From Octopus bimaculoides (lineage: Eukaryota): a DNA stretch of 64,000 bases. A program made the position numbers and the translations under genes. The first letter of the stretch is position 1, and each line of letters opens with the position of its first letter. The stretch is from assembly GCF_001194135.2 (NCBI RefSeq), contig NC_069002.1, forward strand, positions 33,826,732-33,890,731, read 5' to 3'. Under the pieces are notes generated by a model. The model saw nothing but the letters and a program-made list of their open reading frames with translations. It made no database searches and was not told the origin of the DNA. This document shows, in pieces, positions 41,790 to 54,558 of the stretch.

Positions 41790-41935
41790 TTCGATAATCG
41801 CTCTCCCAACCACTCGACTTCGAATTGATGAAAATCAAATTGGGCATCGGCGAAATTTGAACTCGCGAACTAAAGATGGACGAAGTGTCCCAAAGCATTT
41901 TAATCCGGTGTGCTAATGCTTCTGACAGCGGACTG
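41790..41935 (-). mobile_element. Old SINE family B monomer
   Basis: tcggcgaaatttgaactc...ggacgaag...aagcattttaatccggtgtgctaatg. Confidence 0.6.
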
Positions 41936-42828
41936 ACATATTTTAGCAGCATCCAGAATGATATTTCACTTCAGTATGATTTCAATATTGATTCCAAAAA
42001 ACCTTTTATTCAACACCAAAATTTATTTTTGTTCGATACTTTCTCTCTTTAATCTTTTACGTTTCCATTTAATGGTACGTGTACAAAGTAGTGTATGATA
42101 TATTCACGTTTACATGTGTTATTACTAGAGATTTAAATAATAAACAACGGTAGAATTTTTGGAATTATACAAGAATAATTTGTATAAAACATTTTTTTGT
42201 TTTTTCACACTGATTGATTCGTAATCTGGCAATGTAGACGTCTTGACATTCCAGTTGAGACCATCCAATCCTATCTGAATCATTGGTTGTGTACAACATA
42301 AAATTGCAGATCTACATTGTTATTTACTTATTTATTTTTGTTAACGACTGATGAGAAACTATTCGTAGGAAACTCATTTAACAAAAACTAAATTAATTAA
42401 AATTACATGTGAAATTGGAAGAAATATTTTACTTAAAGATTAATATTATTTGACATAACAGGATAAACAGCTCTTGAATTATAGTTTATTTACATATTAA
42501 ATATTGGCGTACATTAGTGGATAGTAAGTCTGATTACTGGCAAGAACATTGAACATTTGCGAGTGTTTTAGAAATCTTCTATTCGACGAAATGTTCTAGT
42601 CTGGCCTGAATGACACACTAATATACAAGATTCCAGTGAATATATATGGAGAGCCATATTATTACAATGACTGGAAAATTACACATTAAGGCTTTCACCA
42701 GGAGTGTATAATGAAAAAAAAGATACTTCACTGTAGTAGTAGTCTAATATTACTAAATTAACCCGGAGTTATCTATTCTTCTTTTTAGATCATGTAACTA
42801 TATCTATTTTCTGTTTAGTCCTGATATC

Positions 42829-42871
<43 letters not shown>

Positions 42872-42881
42872 NNNNNNNNNN

Positions 42882-42925
<44 letters not shown>

Positions 42926-43009
42926 GTGAGTATGTGTGTGTATATCTATACATACATTCATATATGTATATGCATTTACATATACATGTATAATATATAT
43001 ATATGTATA

Positions 43010-43460
43010 ATATATACATATATATATAATATATATATAAATATATAGTATTATATATATAATATATATATATAAATATATAGTATTATATATATATATA
43101 TATATATANNNNNNNNNNNNNNNNNNNNNNNNNNNNNNNNNNNNNNNNNNNNNNNNNNNNNNNNNNNNNNNNNNNNNNNNNNNNNNNNNNNNNNNNNNNN
43201 NNNNNNNNNNNNNNNNNNNNNNNNNNNNNNNNNNNNNNNNNNNNNNNNNNNNNNNNNNNNNNNNNNNNTTATATATATAATATATATATATAAATATATA
43301 GTATTATATATATAATATATATATATAAATATATAGTATTATATATATAATATATATATATAAATATATAGTATTATATATATAATATATATATATAAAT
43401 ATATAGTATTATATATATAATATATATATAAATATATAGTATTATATATATATATATTAT
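43010..43460. repeat. AT-only minisatellite, about 31-bp unit tatatataatatatatataaatatatagtat, spanning a gap
   Basis: Directly visible on both sides of the N run. Confidence 0.85.
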
Positions 43461-43483
43461 ATTATTATATATATTATAAGTAT

Positions 43484-43527
<44 letters not shown>

Positions 43528-44371
43528 CACATACACACACACAAACACACATATATACATATATATATATGCGCGTGTAAGTGTGCGTGTCTACGCAATT
43601 TCATTGCTAATGGAGTTTTAGGTATGCTTATTAGGTATAAAAACATGGAAGAACCCATTTAAATATTTGCTTTTCTGAAGACAGACGTAATATATCTGCG
43701 ATGACTAGTACGTCGACCAACCTCACAGACACCCCTTTCCTTCGCAATGGTAAAAACCGGCTAGTGCGCTCTATTTATAGTGTTCTCATATAATAAGGAA
43801 CAGTTTGGTAGAAACATTGTGTAGGGGAGAATAGAATTTTTGTTTTGTTCTACTTGAACAGCAAAAAATAATTAAATTAAATATTGCGGTTTCTCTCACA
43901 CATTTCCTTGTTTAATATTCATCACAATCGCTTATATATTTGGTCTGGATAGAGAATGTTTGTAATGAAACAGAAAAAAAGATGTGGAGGGAAATGAAAA
44001 ATGACTATTATGATTTAAAGACAAACCTTATGGATGGATTCTTCTATTTATTTCATTTCCAACCAACTTTGAATGTTATGAATGGTCACTAATACAATTC
44101 TGATTTTATGAGGTTTTATACAAAGCTAATATCTTAACACAATTCGATTCCTGTTTTGTTTTTATTTAAAATGCATTCAAGGAACACGAAAACAAAATAT
44201 TGTTTTTTTTTATTGCTACGTTTTATAGTGGCTACGTAACCAGCACAACTCATAACATTTCAAACTCTTTTTATGAATAGTAAATTGCTTCAGTTTCGGT
44301 TACTGTCAGTCATTTTTTTTGTAGAACGTAGCCTGTACACCATACATATAGCTAGCACTTTATCCGCTTTC

Positions 44372-44421
<50 letters not shown>

Positions 44422-44627
44422 TGTTTGTGCGTGTGTGTGTTAGTTCATGTGTGCCCCAAGCATGTGTTCGTTCGTGTTTTTAACCATACACACACATATA
44501 TACATATATATGCGTGTATATATATATATATATATACATATATATACTTTTATATATATACAGACATATATATATATGTACATATATATGTATATATATA
44601 TAAATATATACATATATATGTGTATAC

Positions 44628-44799
44628 ATGTATGTATGTAGATATAGGTATATGCATTTATATATATATTTATAGGTATGTATGTAGATATAGTTATATG
44701 CATTTATATATATATTTTTATAGGTATGTATGTAGATATAGTTATATGCATTTATATATATATATTTATAGGTATGTATGTAGATATAGTTATATGCAT
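44628..44799. repeat. About 44-bp minisatellite (gtatgtatgtagatatagttatatgcatttatatatatatttatag) running into a gap
   Basis: At least three visible copies. Confidence 0.85.
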
Positions 44800-44985
44800 N
44801 NNNNNNNNNNNNNNNNNNNNNNNNNNNNNNNNNNNNNNNNNNNNNNNNNNNNNNNNNNNNNNNNNNNNNNNNNNNNNNNNNNNNNNNNNNNNNNNNNNNN
44901 NNNNNNNNNNNNNNNNNNNNNNNNNNNNNNNNNNNNNNNNNNNNNNNNNNNNNNNNNNNNNNNNNNNNNNNNNNNNNNNNNNNNN

Positions 44986-45028
<43 letters not shown>

Positions 45029-45639
45029 CGCACACAAACACCTATCAGAAATACATCAGCAAACGATTCGTCTCGTTCTGCATCGCGGAATTCGGTTGAT
45101 GGGCGATGCCTGTAGCGTGTATATTGTGCATCATTTAAATACCGTACTGCAATTAAATGTAAGATAAATGGAAACGGATTTCATTTGTAGTTCGTTCTGT
45201 TTCCCAGTGATTCGCCAGTCCGACTGCCTGGTTATTTGTTTCCCTTTTAGCCAAAATAACAGCAAATGTAGTGTACTGTAATATAGAAAAATCTGATAAT
45301 CCGTCTAACGAGACTTCACGGCGTAATGTTCTACTAAAGGAAATTCTAAACCATATCCAGCTGCCGGCTCAATTTCGGAAATTTGAATGCATGACTGGGT
45401 AATTGTAAAGGTTCGTAGCTCCAAATAATTCAATCCGCAACTTGTTTCTCTTTTGTAGTTGAATTAGGGCGTCTAAATGTATTTTAAGCCATAGATATTT
45501 TCTTCTGTTATGTTATATCTGTAACAGGTTCGGGATGCTCTCGCGGCTTTTTTTTTTTTCTGTTTTGGGAATATAAAATCATGATACACGAGGATTGTCA
45601 ACGTTTTAAACACGCTAATTAATGAACGAGAGAGTAAAT

Positions 45640-45950
45640 ATGCACCATCACCCTCTCTTTCGCCTCTTTTTCTCTCTTTTTCTCTCTTTTTCTTTCGTTC
45701 TCGCTTTTTCCTCTCTCACCCACTCTGTCTCCCCCTTTCACTCGTTCGCTAGCTCTCCCTTATTCTTTCGTTCGTTGTATTCACGCTTCTTTTCTCGCTC
45801 TCTCTCTCTCTTTCTCTCTCTTTCTCGCTCTCTCTCTCACTTTCTCGCTCTCTCTCTCACTTTCTCGCTCTCTCTCTCACTTTCTCGCTCTCACTCTCAC
45901 TTTCTCGCTCTCTCTGTCTCCGTCTCTGTCTCTCTCACTCGCTCGATACA
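45640..45950. repeat. CT-rich tract containing a 20-bp unit tttctcgctctctctctcac about five times
   Basis: Directly visible at 45821-45920. Confidence 0.85.
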
Positions 45951-46379
45951 TGGAACTCAGTTTGATAGTCTTTTTTAAATGTCTCCAGTTTAACAAATCG
46001 CATTGTCGTAGCTAAAACCACTTTGATCATAGACTGATAAGCTCGCATTAAACTGCCTGAACAATAATAAAAAGACCAGCATCATCAACTGTTTTTGTAT
46101 TCGATTTGCAAGGTTTCTGATGTAAAATCGTGAGCTAAAAGAAAGAGATACTCGTATATTTCGGGACGGTCATTTTTATGTGACCAAATAAACACACGCA
46201 CTATATATTTGTACTTCACATCAGATTTATCATTGTTCATATATTAGATAATGTAAAACCACTGCTGCACTGGTATTTTTTCATTTGTTTATCAAATTCT
46301 GCTTATGTATTGGTTTGATAAATGGTCATTGGAGAATACGTGTGTACGTATTTACAAAATAACAAAATAACCCGAGTTA

Positions 46380-46895
46380 CGAGAGTGGGCTGAAAATGTC
46401 ATGGGCTAACTAGGAAGAGAAGTGATGTGAAGCTGTGGAGTCTTGCATGCATTCATTTCAGCTCGTTTTATTAATAACTGTATGGTTTGCTTCCTAGTAA
46501 ACTAAAAGCTGGCTGTTCAAAGAAGACTTTAAAATTTACTATTAGCGACTTGTCTTGAAAATTGACAAAATCTGGCATTGTGTTGTTGTCAACTACCTGC
46601 AGAAAAAGGGTTTAGATCCCCCGCTCCAGGACATTCATGAATTTTCTCATGGTGTTAAACTGGTGTTAAATATAGGAAGTGCGAAGTGATTCTTAAAGAT
46701 GGCCGACGGTCTGGACGTCCTGCAACTACCGCCACCGAGGAAGGCATTGATCCTGTTTACCTCATGGTAATGGATGACAGGCTATTAACTATAATCCGAA
46801 GAGGCAATATTACTAGTATATTCCATCACAGAGTTGTGAATATTCTCACGTAAGTTTCTACTCAATGCGTAACATTCTTGCGACAACTGATCATA
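46380..46895 (+). mobile_element. Mariner DNA transposon 5' part: TIR and N-terminal HTH region of transposase (pseudogene)
   Basis: TA|CGAGAGTGGGCTGAAAA TIR-like start; IDKIWHCVVVNYLQKKGLDP..DIH from 46561 and, after a frameshift, LKDGRRSGRPATTATEEGIDPVYLMVMDDRLLTI from 46692 (mariner RSGRP motif). Confidence 0.85.
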
Positions 46896-46896
46896 G

Positions 46897-46975
46897 GCCC
46901 ATCTGTTGTCAAGCGATGTTGGAGGGGGGACAAACACAGACACACACGCACACACGCACACACGCACACACGCAC

Positions 46976-47015
<40 letters not shown>

Positions 47016-47097
47016 ACACANNNNNNNNNNNNNNNNNNNNNNNNNNNNNNNNNNNNNNNNNNNNNNNNNNNNNNNNNNNNNNNNNNNNNNNNNNNNN

Positions 47098-47154
<57 letters not shown>

Positions 47155-47300
47155 CGGGCTTCTCCGTTTCCGTCTACGAAATCCACTCACAAGGCTTTGG
47201 TCGCCCCAAGGCTATAGTAAAAGACACTTACCCAAGTTACTACGTAGTGGGACTGAACCCGGAAGCATATGGTTTGTAAGCAAGTTACTTACCACACATC
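46897..47300 (-). mobile_element. SINE family A with internal (CA)n expansion, truncating the mariner remnant
   Basis: Head/CORE at 47155-47300, tail at 46897-46940, microsatellite and gap between. Confidence 0.85.
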
Positions 47301-48678
47301 CGATAGATAGATAGATATAAATAGATACAGATATACACAACAAGCCTATACAAAAGGAAATAACCATAAGAAGCTGGTTTATCTTCAGTTACAGAGCAAT
47401 ATATTGGAATGTGAACGCCCCGGACAGATAGGGCGTAGCTATCAAGAATATTTACGATAATTATATATACTGGACATAACACACACCGGGCACGACCTTA
47501 CAACTGAGTCACCGAAGGCACTTATTTACTGCTGCCGGCATCAATCGTATGACATATCATTCATCTGTCTATCCAATGCTGTTATGTACAAGGCGACTTA
47601 CACGGTATCTGATGGCATCTTAAGATACCGTGTATGATATACAGCTTATGACTGCAAGGCAATCATTGCACATACTTCTCCACTTCAAGTGCAGCGGCGG
47701 CAGTTTACTCATTTCTATCCTGAAGTGGCAATGTGGAAGCACACTACCGTACACCCACACACAGACACACACATGCACGCGCGCATAAACATATCTCTGT
47801 ATGTATGTGTTTATGTGTGTGTTTATTAATTTCCCCTCTTGGTCTATATAACATATTTCATTAATGTCCTAACACGAAACAACATATGTTGTAGATACCC
47901 TCTGTGACCCTGGAATTGAATTGGAAGCTGTCATTCTGTTACCATGAAGTAATCTCATTATATTAGACAGTATACTGGCTAATATAATAATTTTCATTTA
48001 ATGATATTTCGTAAGTTTTAGCACATATCACTACAACGTATTGCTTTCCACTAGATGAGCGACGAACTGTGAGCTCCCAGCCACCAATTAGACGGTATAC
48101 TTATACTCGAAATTCACTGTCACTTCTAGAACTCTCCTTATAATGTTATATTTAACCCATAACAAAGGAGACTACTTCCGCTCACCACGTGAGTGTTCGT
48201 TCTTCTCTTTTTGCAGTCAATAATCCTATGGAACTGGAAACAAGCTTCCGACTATAACAGTAATCAGAAGCCAATTGTACCAGATACCAGAAAGTGTTGG
48301 AATCCATCTAATGAGAAAAAACAAAAACCTTGACCCATCATCCAATAAAAGCATTCTTTATTTATAGAGAAGTAAACGTTTTCATTTAGATCTGATTCAG
48401 AAGTTTATACCTTTCAGTACAATGCTATTTGTTGTTCAAATATGCGTTGGACATATTGGAACTCGTAAGGAAACCATTCATTGTGTATTGTCATGGAGAA
48501 AATATCTCGGTGTAGACAAACAGTGTAAATACACCTAAAGTCGTAGCGCAGCGCCAACCATTCACACTATAAGATTCAAGTATTTTGGAATGGTTATCTC
48601 CTCTTCAGTCAGAGATACCGGACATGATATGCTGCAAGCTGACAAAGACTGTTTTATTTATGGTATTCGTCATTGATT

Positions 48679-49080
48679 AAGGCGGTGAGCTGGCAGAATC
48701 GTTAGCACGCCGGGCGAAATGCTTAACGGTATTAGGTCTGTCTTTATGTTCTGAGTTCAATTTCCGCAGAGGTTGACTTTGCCTTTCATCCTTTCAGGGT
48801 CGATTAAATAAATACCAGTTACGCACTAGGGTCGATGTAATCGACTTAGTCTCTTTGTCTGTCTTTGTCTATTCCCTCTATGTTTAGCCCCTTGTGGGCA
48901 ATAAAGAAATAAGAAACGTTAACACGCCGGGCGAAATGCTTAACGGTATTTCGTTTGTCTTTATATTCTGAGTTCAAATTCTAGCGAGGTCGACTTTGCT
49001 TTCATCTTTCGGTGTCGATAAATTAAGTACCGACTTGATCCCTCCCCCAACATTTCGGGCCTGGTGCCTAGAGCAGAAAT
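48679..49080 (+). mobile_element. SINE family B dimer
   Basis: aaggcggtgagctggcagaatcgttagcacgccggg...; junction gggcaataaagaaataagaaacgttaacacgccggg at about 48896-48930. Confidence 0.9.
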
Positions 49081-50738
49081 TAATATTCGCTCCATTTGTG
49101 TACACCGACGTAACACAGTGAATAGCTTTCTTACTGGTTCGAATGTACTTCAAGCATAATTGAACTGGTAATAGATTTGCACTTGTAGGCATCAGTGCTT
49201 AACGTTGCCACCCCGTAAGGTAAACGCTTCATCTCGTACAATCTTCAGTTACAATGTTTCTGAGTCAACCTTTTAATACAAAGTCTTCGAAATGTTTTTG
49301 AATGCTCTAATTCGTTTGTGCAACCGTCTTGGAAAGTGAGCATCTTAAGTACACTCTGCTGTCTCACTTCTGATACGATTCATGTCATCATTTAAAATGT
49401 TAATTTCTGAGTAGACGTGTTTCATGAATAATTTATTCTATTCTACGACCTTCAGCACTTGCCAAGAGCAACAGCAGCAGCAACAGATGTGTTTCACACA
49501 TCACACTAACGCCGACCATATATACATAAATTGCTAAAATACATAGACCAAGGTATATAATTCTATCTATACATATGCAGATACAGCCATAGGTGTGTAC
49601 ATATAATAAATAGATGCATACGTGTATGCATATACAGATGTGTGTTAGTGTTTGTGTGCTTACGTATATGAATGTATGTATTTAAGTATGTCTATATATA
49701 CATATATTTGAACATATGTTTATATATATATATGAGTGTGTGGGAGGTGTATACTGGACATAAATTTGTTAAACTACAAAATGCAAAATATAAATATCCA
49801 CACTACCACACTTGAAACGTACCTGTGATAACAATTCATCTCGATTTGAATGAGTACGTGAAGGTATTTAGAATGTCCAAACTTATTTCTGCAAATGTGC
49901 TAAGGACTGATGCTGATCATAGTTTAAGCAAGAAGCGTAGAAGCGAGGTAAATGCAGTAACAATAGCGGGGTCAGTGATACATCCATTTTAGCGGCCCTT
50001 CAGAAATTGAACCACCTTGCGATACACACTTGGAGTTCATGGTGTGAAATTAATTGTCATTGTTCTGATTTGGTCACCAATACCATTTATTTAGTTTAAA
50101 ATGCAGTAAAAGTAGTGGGGTGTCAGTAGGGCTCCAATTGGGCGGCCCTTAAAAGAATAGACTCCCTTATAACATTCTCTAAGATTGGGGGTCTTGCTGG
50201 TTTGAGTTTCGTTGTCGTTGCGCAAACGATTTAGAAGTTAACGAACATAAAAGCATACCGGACGGAGAAAATATGACTCAAATTTATAATAGTATATATA
50301 TATATATATATATATATAGATATAGATATATATATATATATATATATATAGATATATATATATATATATATATATANNNNNNNNNNNNNNNNNNNNNNNN
50401 NNNNNNNNNNNNNNNNNNNNNNNNNNNNNNNNNNNNNNNNNNNNNNNNNNNNNNNNNNNNNNNNNNNNNNNNNNNNNNNNNNNNNNNNNNNNNNNNNNNN
50501 NNNNNNNNNNNNNNNNNNNNNNNNNNNNNNNNNNNNNNNNNNNNNNNNNNNNNNNNNNNNNNNNNNNNNNNNNNNNNNNNNNNNNNNNNNNNNNNNNNNN
50601 NNNNNNNNNNNNNNNNNNNNNNNNNNNNNNNNNNNNNNNNNNNNNNNNNNNNNNNNNNNNNNNNNNNNNNNNNNNNNNNNNNNNNNNNNNNNNNNNNNNN
50701 NNNNNNNNNNNNNNNNNNNNNNNNNNNNNNNNNNNNNN

Positions 50739-50783
<45 letters not shown>

Positions 50784-50956
50784 TGAAACGTGCCCCGAAT
50801 GGTACAACAATGCAGAGTGGACTATAATAACTGTTAGAAATAATTTAACTTTTCATAGTCTAATATTTCAGAATATAAAAAAAATCCTTCTCCAGAAATT
50901 GCTAGGAGTTAACGGACTCACTGTCATAGTCTTTTTTCTTTTTCTTCTAACAATTA

Positions 50957-51648
50957 CTGTAATTGTCTCATGAAGTTCTGTCTGGGAATCGTCATGAGAA
51001 GTGCGTGTGTGTAGTCGTGTCTAGAGCTCGTGTGTATTGGCATATTTGTTGCGCTGTTTATTATCTGAGCATTACATACAATGTTTTGTGTCGATATTGT
51101 TAACTAAGACTGTGTTAATTTCCAACCTGTTGTTAATTACCTTAATTCTTAGATTTCCTAAATTTCTGTCTTTGGCCTCAATTGTGACTATGTTTTTGTC
51201 TGTGTTCCGGCATCTGTCTAGGTTGTATATCAAACTCAATATAACATGCAACAATTTCTACTACAAAGCCATTAAGCATTCGCATGAAAGAACATCGACA
51301 CACGACCCTCCTCCTCCAAAAATCACCAAGACAGATGCTAGAACATCGACAAAAACATAACAATCAAAATTGGGGTCAATGACAGAAATTTAGGAAAGAT
51401 AAGAATTAAGGAGGCTATCCTCATAGACAGAGCAAGACCCAAAAATGCAACAGGTAGGAAATTAACACTCACTATAGTATTTCACAACATCGATTATAAA
51501 GGAGTGACTGGTGTAATCGATTACTGAAGTCTGTCGGAAGCGTTCCTGTAATGGTCTCACGAAGTTATTTCCGGAATTCCTCATGAGAAGTGCATGTGTG
51601 TAGCCATGTCGCGACGTCGTGTGCGTTGGCATATGTGTAGCGCTGTTT
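50957..51648. mobile_element. PLE-derived composite: 103-bp direct repeats around two inverted GIY-YIG C-terminal fragments
   Basis: Direct repeats 50957-51059 and 51546-51648; inverted arms about 51090-51220 and 51328-51495; plus arm encodes DKNITIKIGVNDRNLGKIRIKEAILIDRARPKN (cf. KRKIKEAILI..P.LN). Confidence 0.6.
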
Positions 51649-52254
51649 CCAAGTTATGTATTATATGTGCATTTTTATTATTTTATTTGTTTCAGTAATG
51701 TATATATGTTTATATATACATATATGCGTGTGTATATAGGTAGTTATACACACACATGTATATTTATGGATGTGTATGTATATACATGTAGGTATTATGT
51801 ATATGTATGTCAACTATGTACCAAAGATTTACATGACCAATCAAAACTAAAAGTAGCAATGCCAGAATATTATGAGATTAGAATTTAATGGCGAAGAACG
51901 AGTGAAAAATATAAATANNNNNNNNNNNNNNNNNNNNNNNNNNNNNNNNNNNNNNNNNNNNNNNNNNNNNNNNNNNNNNNNNNNNNNNNNNNNNNNNNNN
52001 NNNNNNNNNNNNNNNNNNNNNNNNNNNNNNNNNNNNNNNNNNNNNNNNNNNNNNNNNNNNNNNNNNNNNNNNNNNNNNNNNNNNNNNNNNNNNNNNNNNN
52101 NNNNNNNNNNNNNNNNNNNNNNNNNNNNNNNNNNNNNNNNNNNNNNNNNNNNNNNNNNNNNNNNNNNNNNNNNNNNNNNNNNNNNNNNNNNNNNNNNNNN
52201 NNNNNNNNNNNNNNNNNNNNNNNNNNNNNNNNNNNNNNNNNNNNNNNNNNNNNN

Positions 52255-52295
<41 letters not shown>

Positions 52296-52599
52296 TTGTG
52301 TGTGTGCATAAAATAGATGCATGTATATATATATATAAGTGTGTATAAGAAAGAACTAGACAGCTAGTTACGGAATGAAATCTAGACTTAGAGTGAGTTA
52401 AGTAGTTAAGTTTAAAGGAAATATTGCATTAAAAGTGAAGCAGAATAGAATATACGTTGCTGAGCGGCACAGAGTACGTGGAAGTTTCGTAATGGACAGA
52501 TTAGTGTGGGTGGCGCAAGAATGAACCAATCACAGAACTAAATCTGGTGACTCCACTTGGTATTGCAAATGAATTCTAGAAACCTAAATCTTACATCAG

Positions 52600-53620
52600 T
52601 TTCAAGATAGAACTTTCCAGAATGAATTGTTTATCGGCTTAAAGACTAAAATATCAGTGTTGGTTTCTCGTGGTAAGTCTATCATATATTTCAGAAGAAA
52701 CTTTTGGCCAAGTTAATATGTAGGTGCTTCTCTGTATGACTGAGTTTGGTCAAATTTTCACAGCCAAGTTTTCTTCCTGTTTGGCTTAGAGAATCTTTGT
52801 TGTTTTTCGTGTACAGTGTGTGGTCGTCCATGTATAAAAGTAATACGTTTTCATCCTTGTTTTTCAAACATATGCACAAGCCTCGATATTCGCAGTATTC
52901 ATGTCAGAGGGAGTAACATAATCCAAAAGAGCAATTTGAGAGGGGTAGTCTCCCAGAAGTTCCCACTCATCGAATTTTTAAATTACTTACTGATTCACTT
53001 CTACTATTTAACCGTACTTTTCAGGATCTCAATTTTTCGAACTAATTCATCCAAACTTTTCATTAATCTTCTCAGGTTCCTTCAAGAGCCAGAAGCGTAC
53101 AACGACCCCCTAAGTTTTCTTGCAGTTCACCCAGCTAATGACATAGTTTGTTTCTCCTATTTGTACCTCATAAATACCACGCTATACATATACAACAGAT
53201 CAACAAACGTACAAGACTTCTTTCTGCATTATTTGTGTTCCTCTGGTTATAGATTCTTCCCCCTCCAAAACACAATGCATTCATCAGCTATGAGCTCAGC
53301 TAATGATTTCTATATTAACAATAAGCACAATATATATCTATAGTAATTGAATTCCCCTCTCTTTAAGTTGCCGTTCTTTATGAACAAACTCTGTCCTCTT
53401 TCTTGTCAGATAAATTGATGTTCTATTATCTTTACAGTTTTTCAGAAAGGTTTGTGTATACCTGCTCATGCCAGTGAAGAAATGAAAAAAAAAAACTAAT
53501 TCGTCGACACCGTCCGGTCTACGGGTTTTCCAATTTGGTATTTCTTCAGTTTCTTTTTCATTCTTTTCAACTGGAATATTTATATTTTTTGGCTTTGTAT
53601 TATTTGAGATAGTTTATTGC
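52600..53620 (-). mobile_element. R4/Dong-like (RLE-clade) non-LTR retrotransposon RT fossil
   Basis: Ordered minus-strand motifs NWKTRRPDGV, NYYRYILCLL..KSL, PEEHK*CRKKS, SWVNCKKT*GS, LGDYPS, LLYMDDHTLYTKN (cf. NWKAPGPDG, NYRPITCL, PEEQKGCR, AWIDYKKAFDS, QGDSLS, LLYMDDLKLYAKN). Confidence 0.8.
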
Positions 53621-54173
53621 AATAGATTTTGACACTTTAATGTGTTTGCTTCATTTGGATTAGTAGTCAGTTCTATGGATGATGGAGGTGAAAGAATCTT
53701 CATTTTACAGAAAACATATAGGCTAATCCAATGAGAACTGATACGTCAAATTGTATAAGCATCAAAGAAAGAAACAGCTGAGAAATTTTACTCCCGTCGA
53801 TAAGTGAATTTACAAAATGAAAGACTATTTCTCGTAATTTATAATGAATATAAAATATATTTTTGGTAGGTGTACGAGTGTGTGTGTGTGAAAATGTGTG
53901 CGTGTGTATGTCTGTCTATATTTTTTCGTCTGTTTAATTGAACTCCTTCTCTTATCAGGTAGAAAACATTTGTTAAGATATCTTTCGTAAGGAAGTCATT
54001 CACCCATTTCTACACATACTACGACATCAACATAGAGGTACGTCTATGTTGTGTATCGGCATATTTTAATGCCAGACAAATCTTTCGATAATTAAGAAAA
54101 GAAATACCAAACACGTCAGTAAAGGATACAACGTACCATGCTGTTCTGTCCCATATATGATATATATATAGGA

Positions 54174-54334
54174 GCAGGAGTGGTTGTGTTGTAGGTAGCT
54201 TGCCCTACCAACTACATGGTTCTTGGTTCAGTCCCACAACGTGGCGCTTTGGCCAAGTGTCTGCTACTATAGTCTCGGCCTGACCAAAATCTAGTGAGAG
54301 GATTTGGTAGACGGAAACTGAAAGAAACCCGTCG
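54174..54334 (+). mobile_element. SINE family A head + CORE followed by (TA)n
   Basis: gcaggagtggttgtgttgtagg...ggatttggtagacggaaactgaaagaaacccgtcg. Confidence 0.85.
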
Positions 54335-54521
54335 TATATATATATATATATATATAGTTTGCTGAAATTTTATTTCACGAAAATTCAAATATCACGACCA
54401 AATGTTTCGTAATTTAAAACCATGTATCGTAATATACATTCTATATGTCTTGTTGACTGATACATTAATGAGTTTTGTTTGTGAGTACAACCTGATTAAT
54501 TGAATCCATATATTGTCTATG

Positions 54522-54558
<37 letters not shown>

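Noticed and set aside
42348-42385. CTGATGA...cta-ttcg-tag-GAAA hammerhead candidate
   Set aside because: Extra GAAA before stem II and no stem I/III partner; better explained as a simple atgag/ctcat hairpin
49965-50150. Twin gcggccctt motifs resembling hAT subterminal sequence
   Set aside because: No TIR pair or TSD identifiable
52526-52535. CCAAT box
   Set aside because: Isolated motif beside a retrotransposon fossil with no other promoter support
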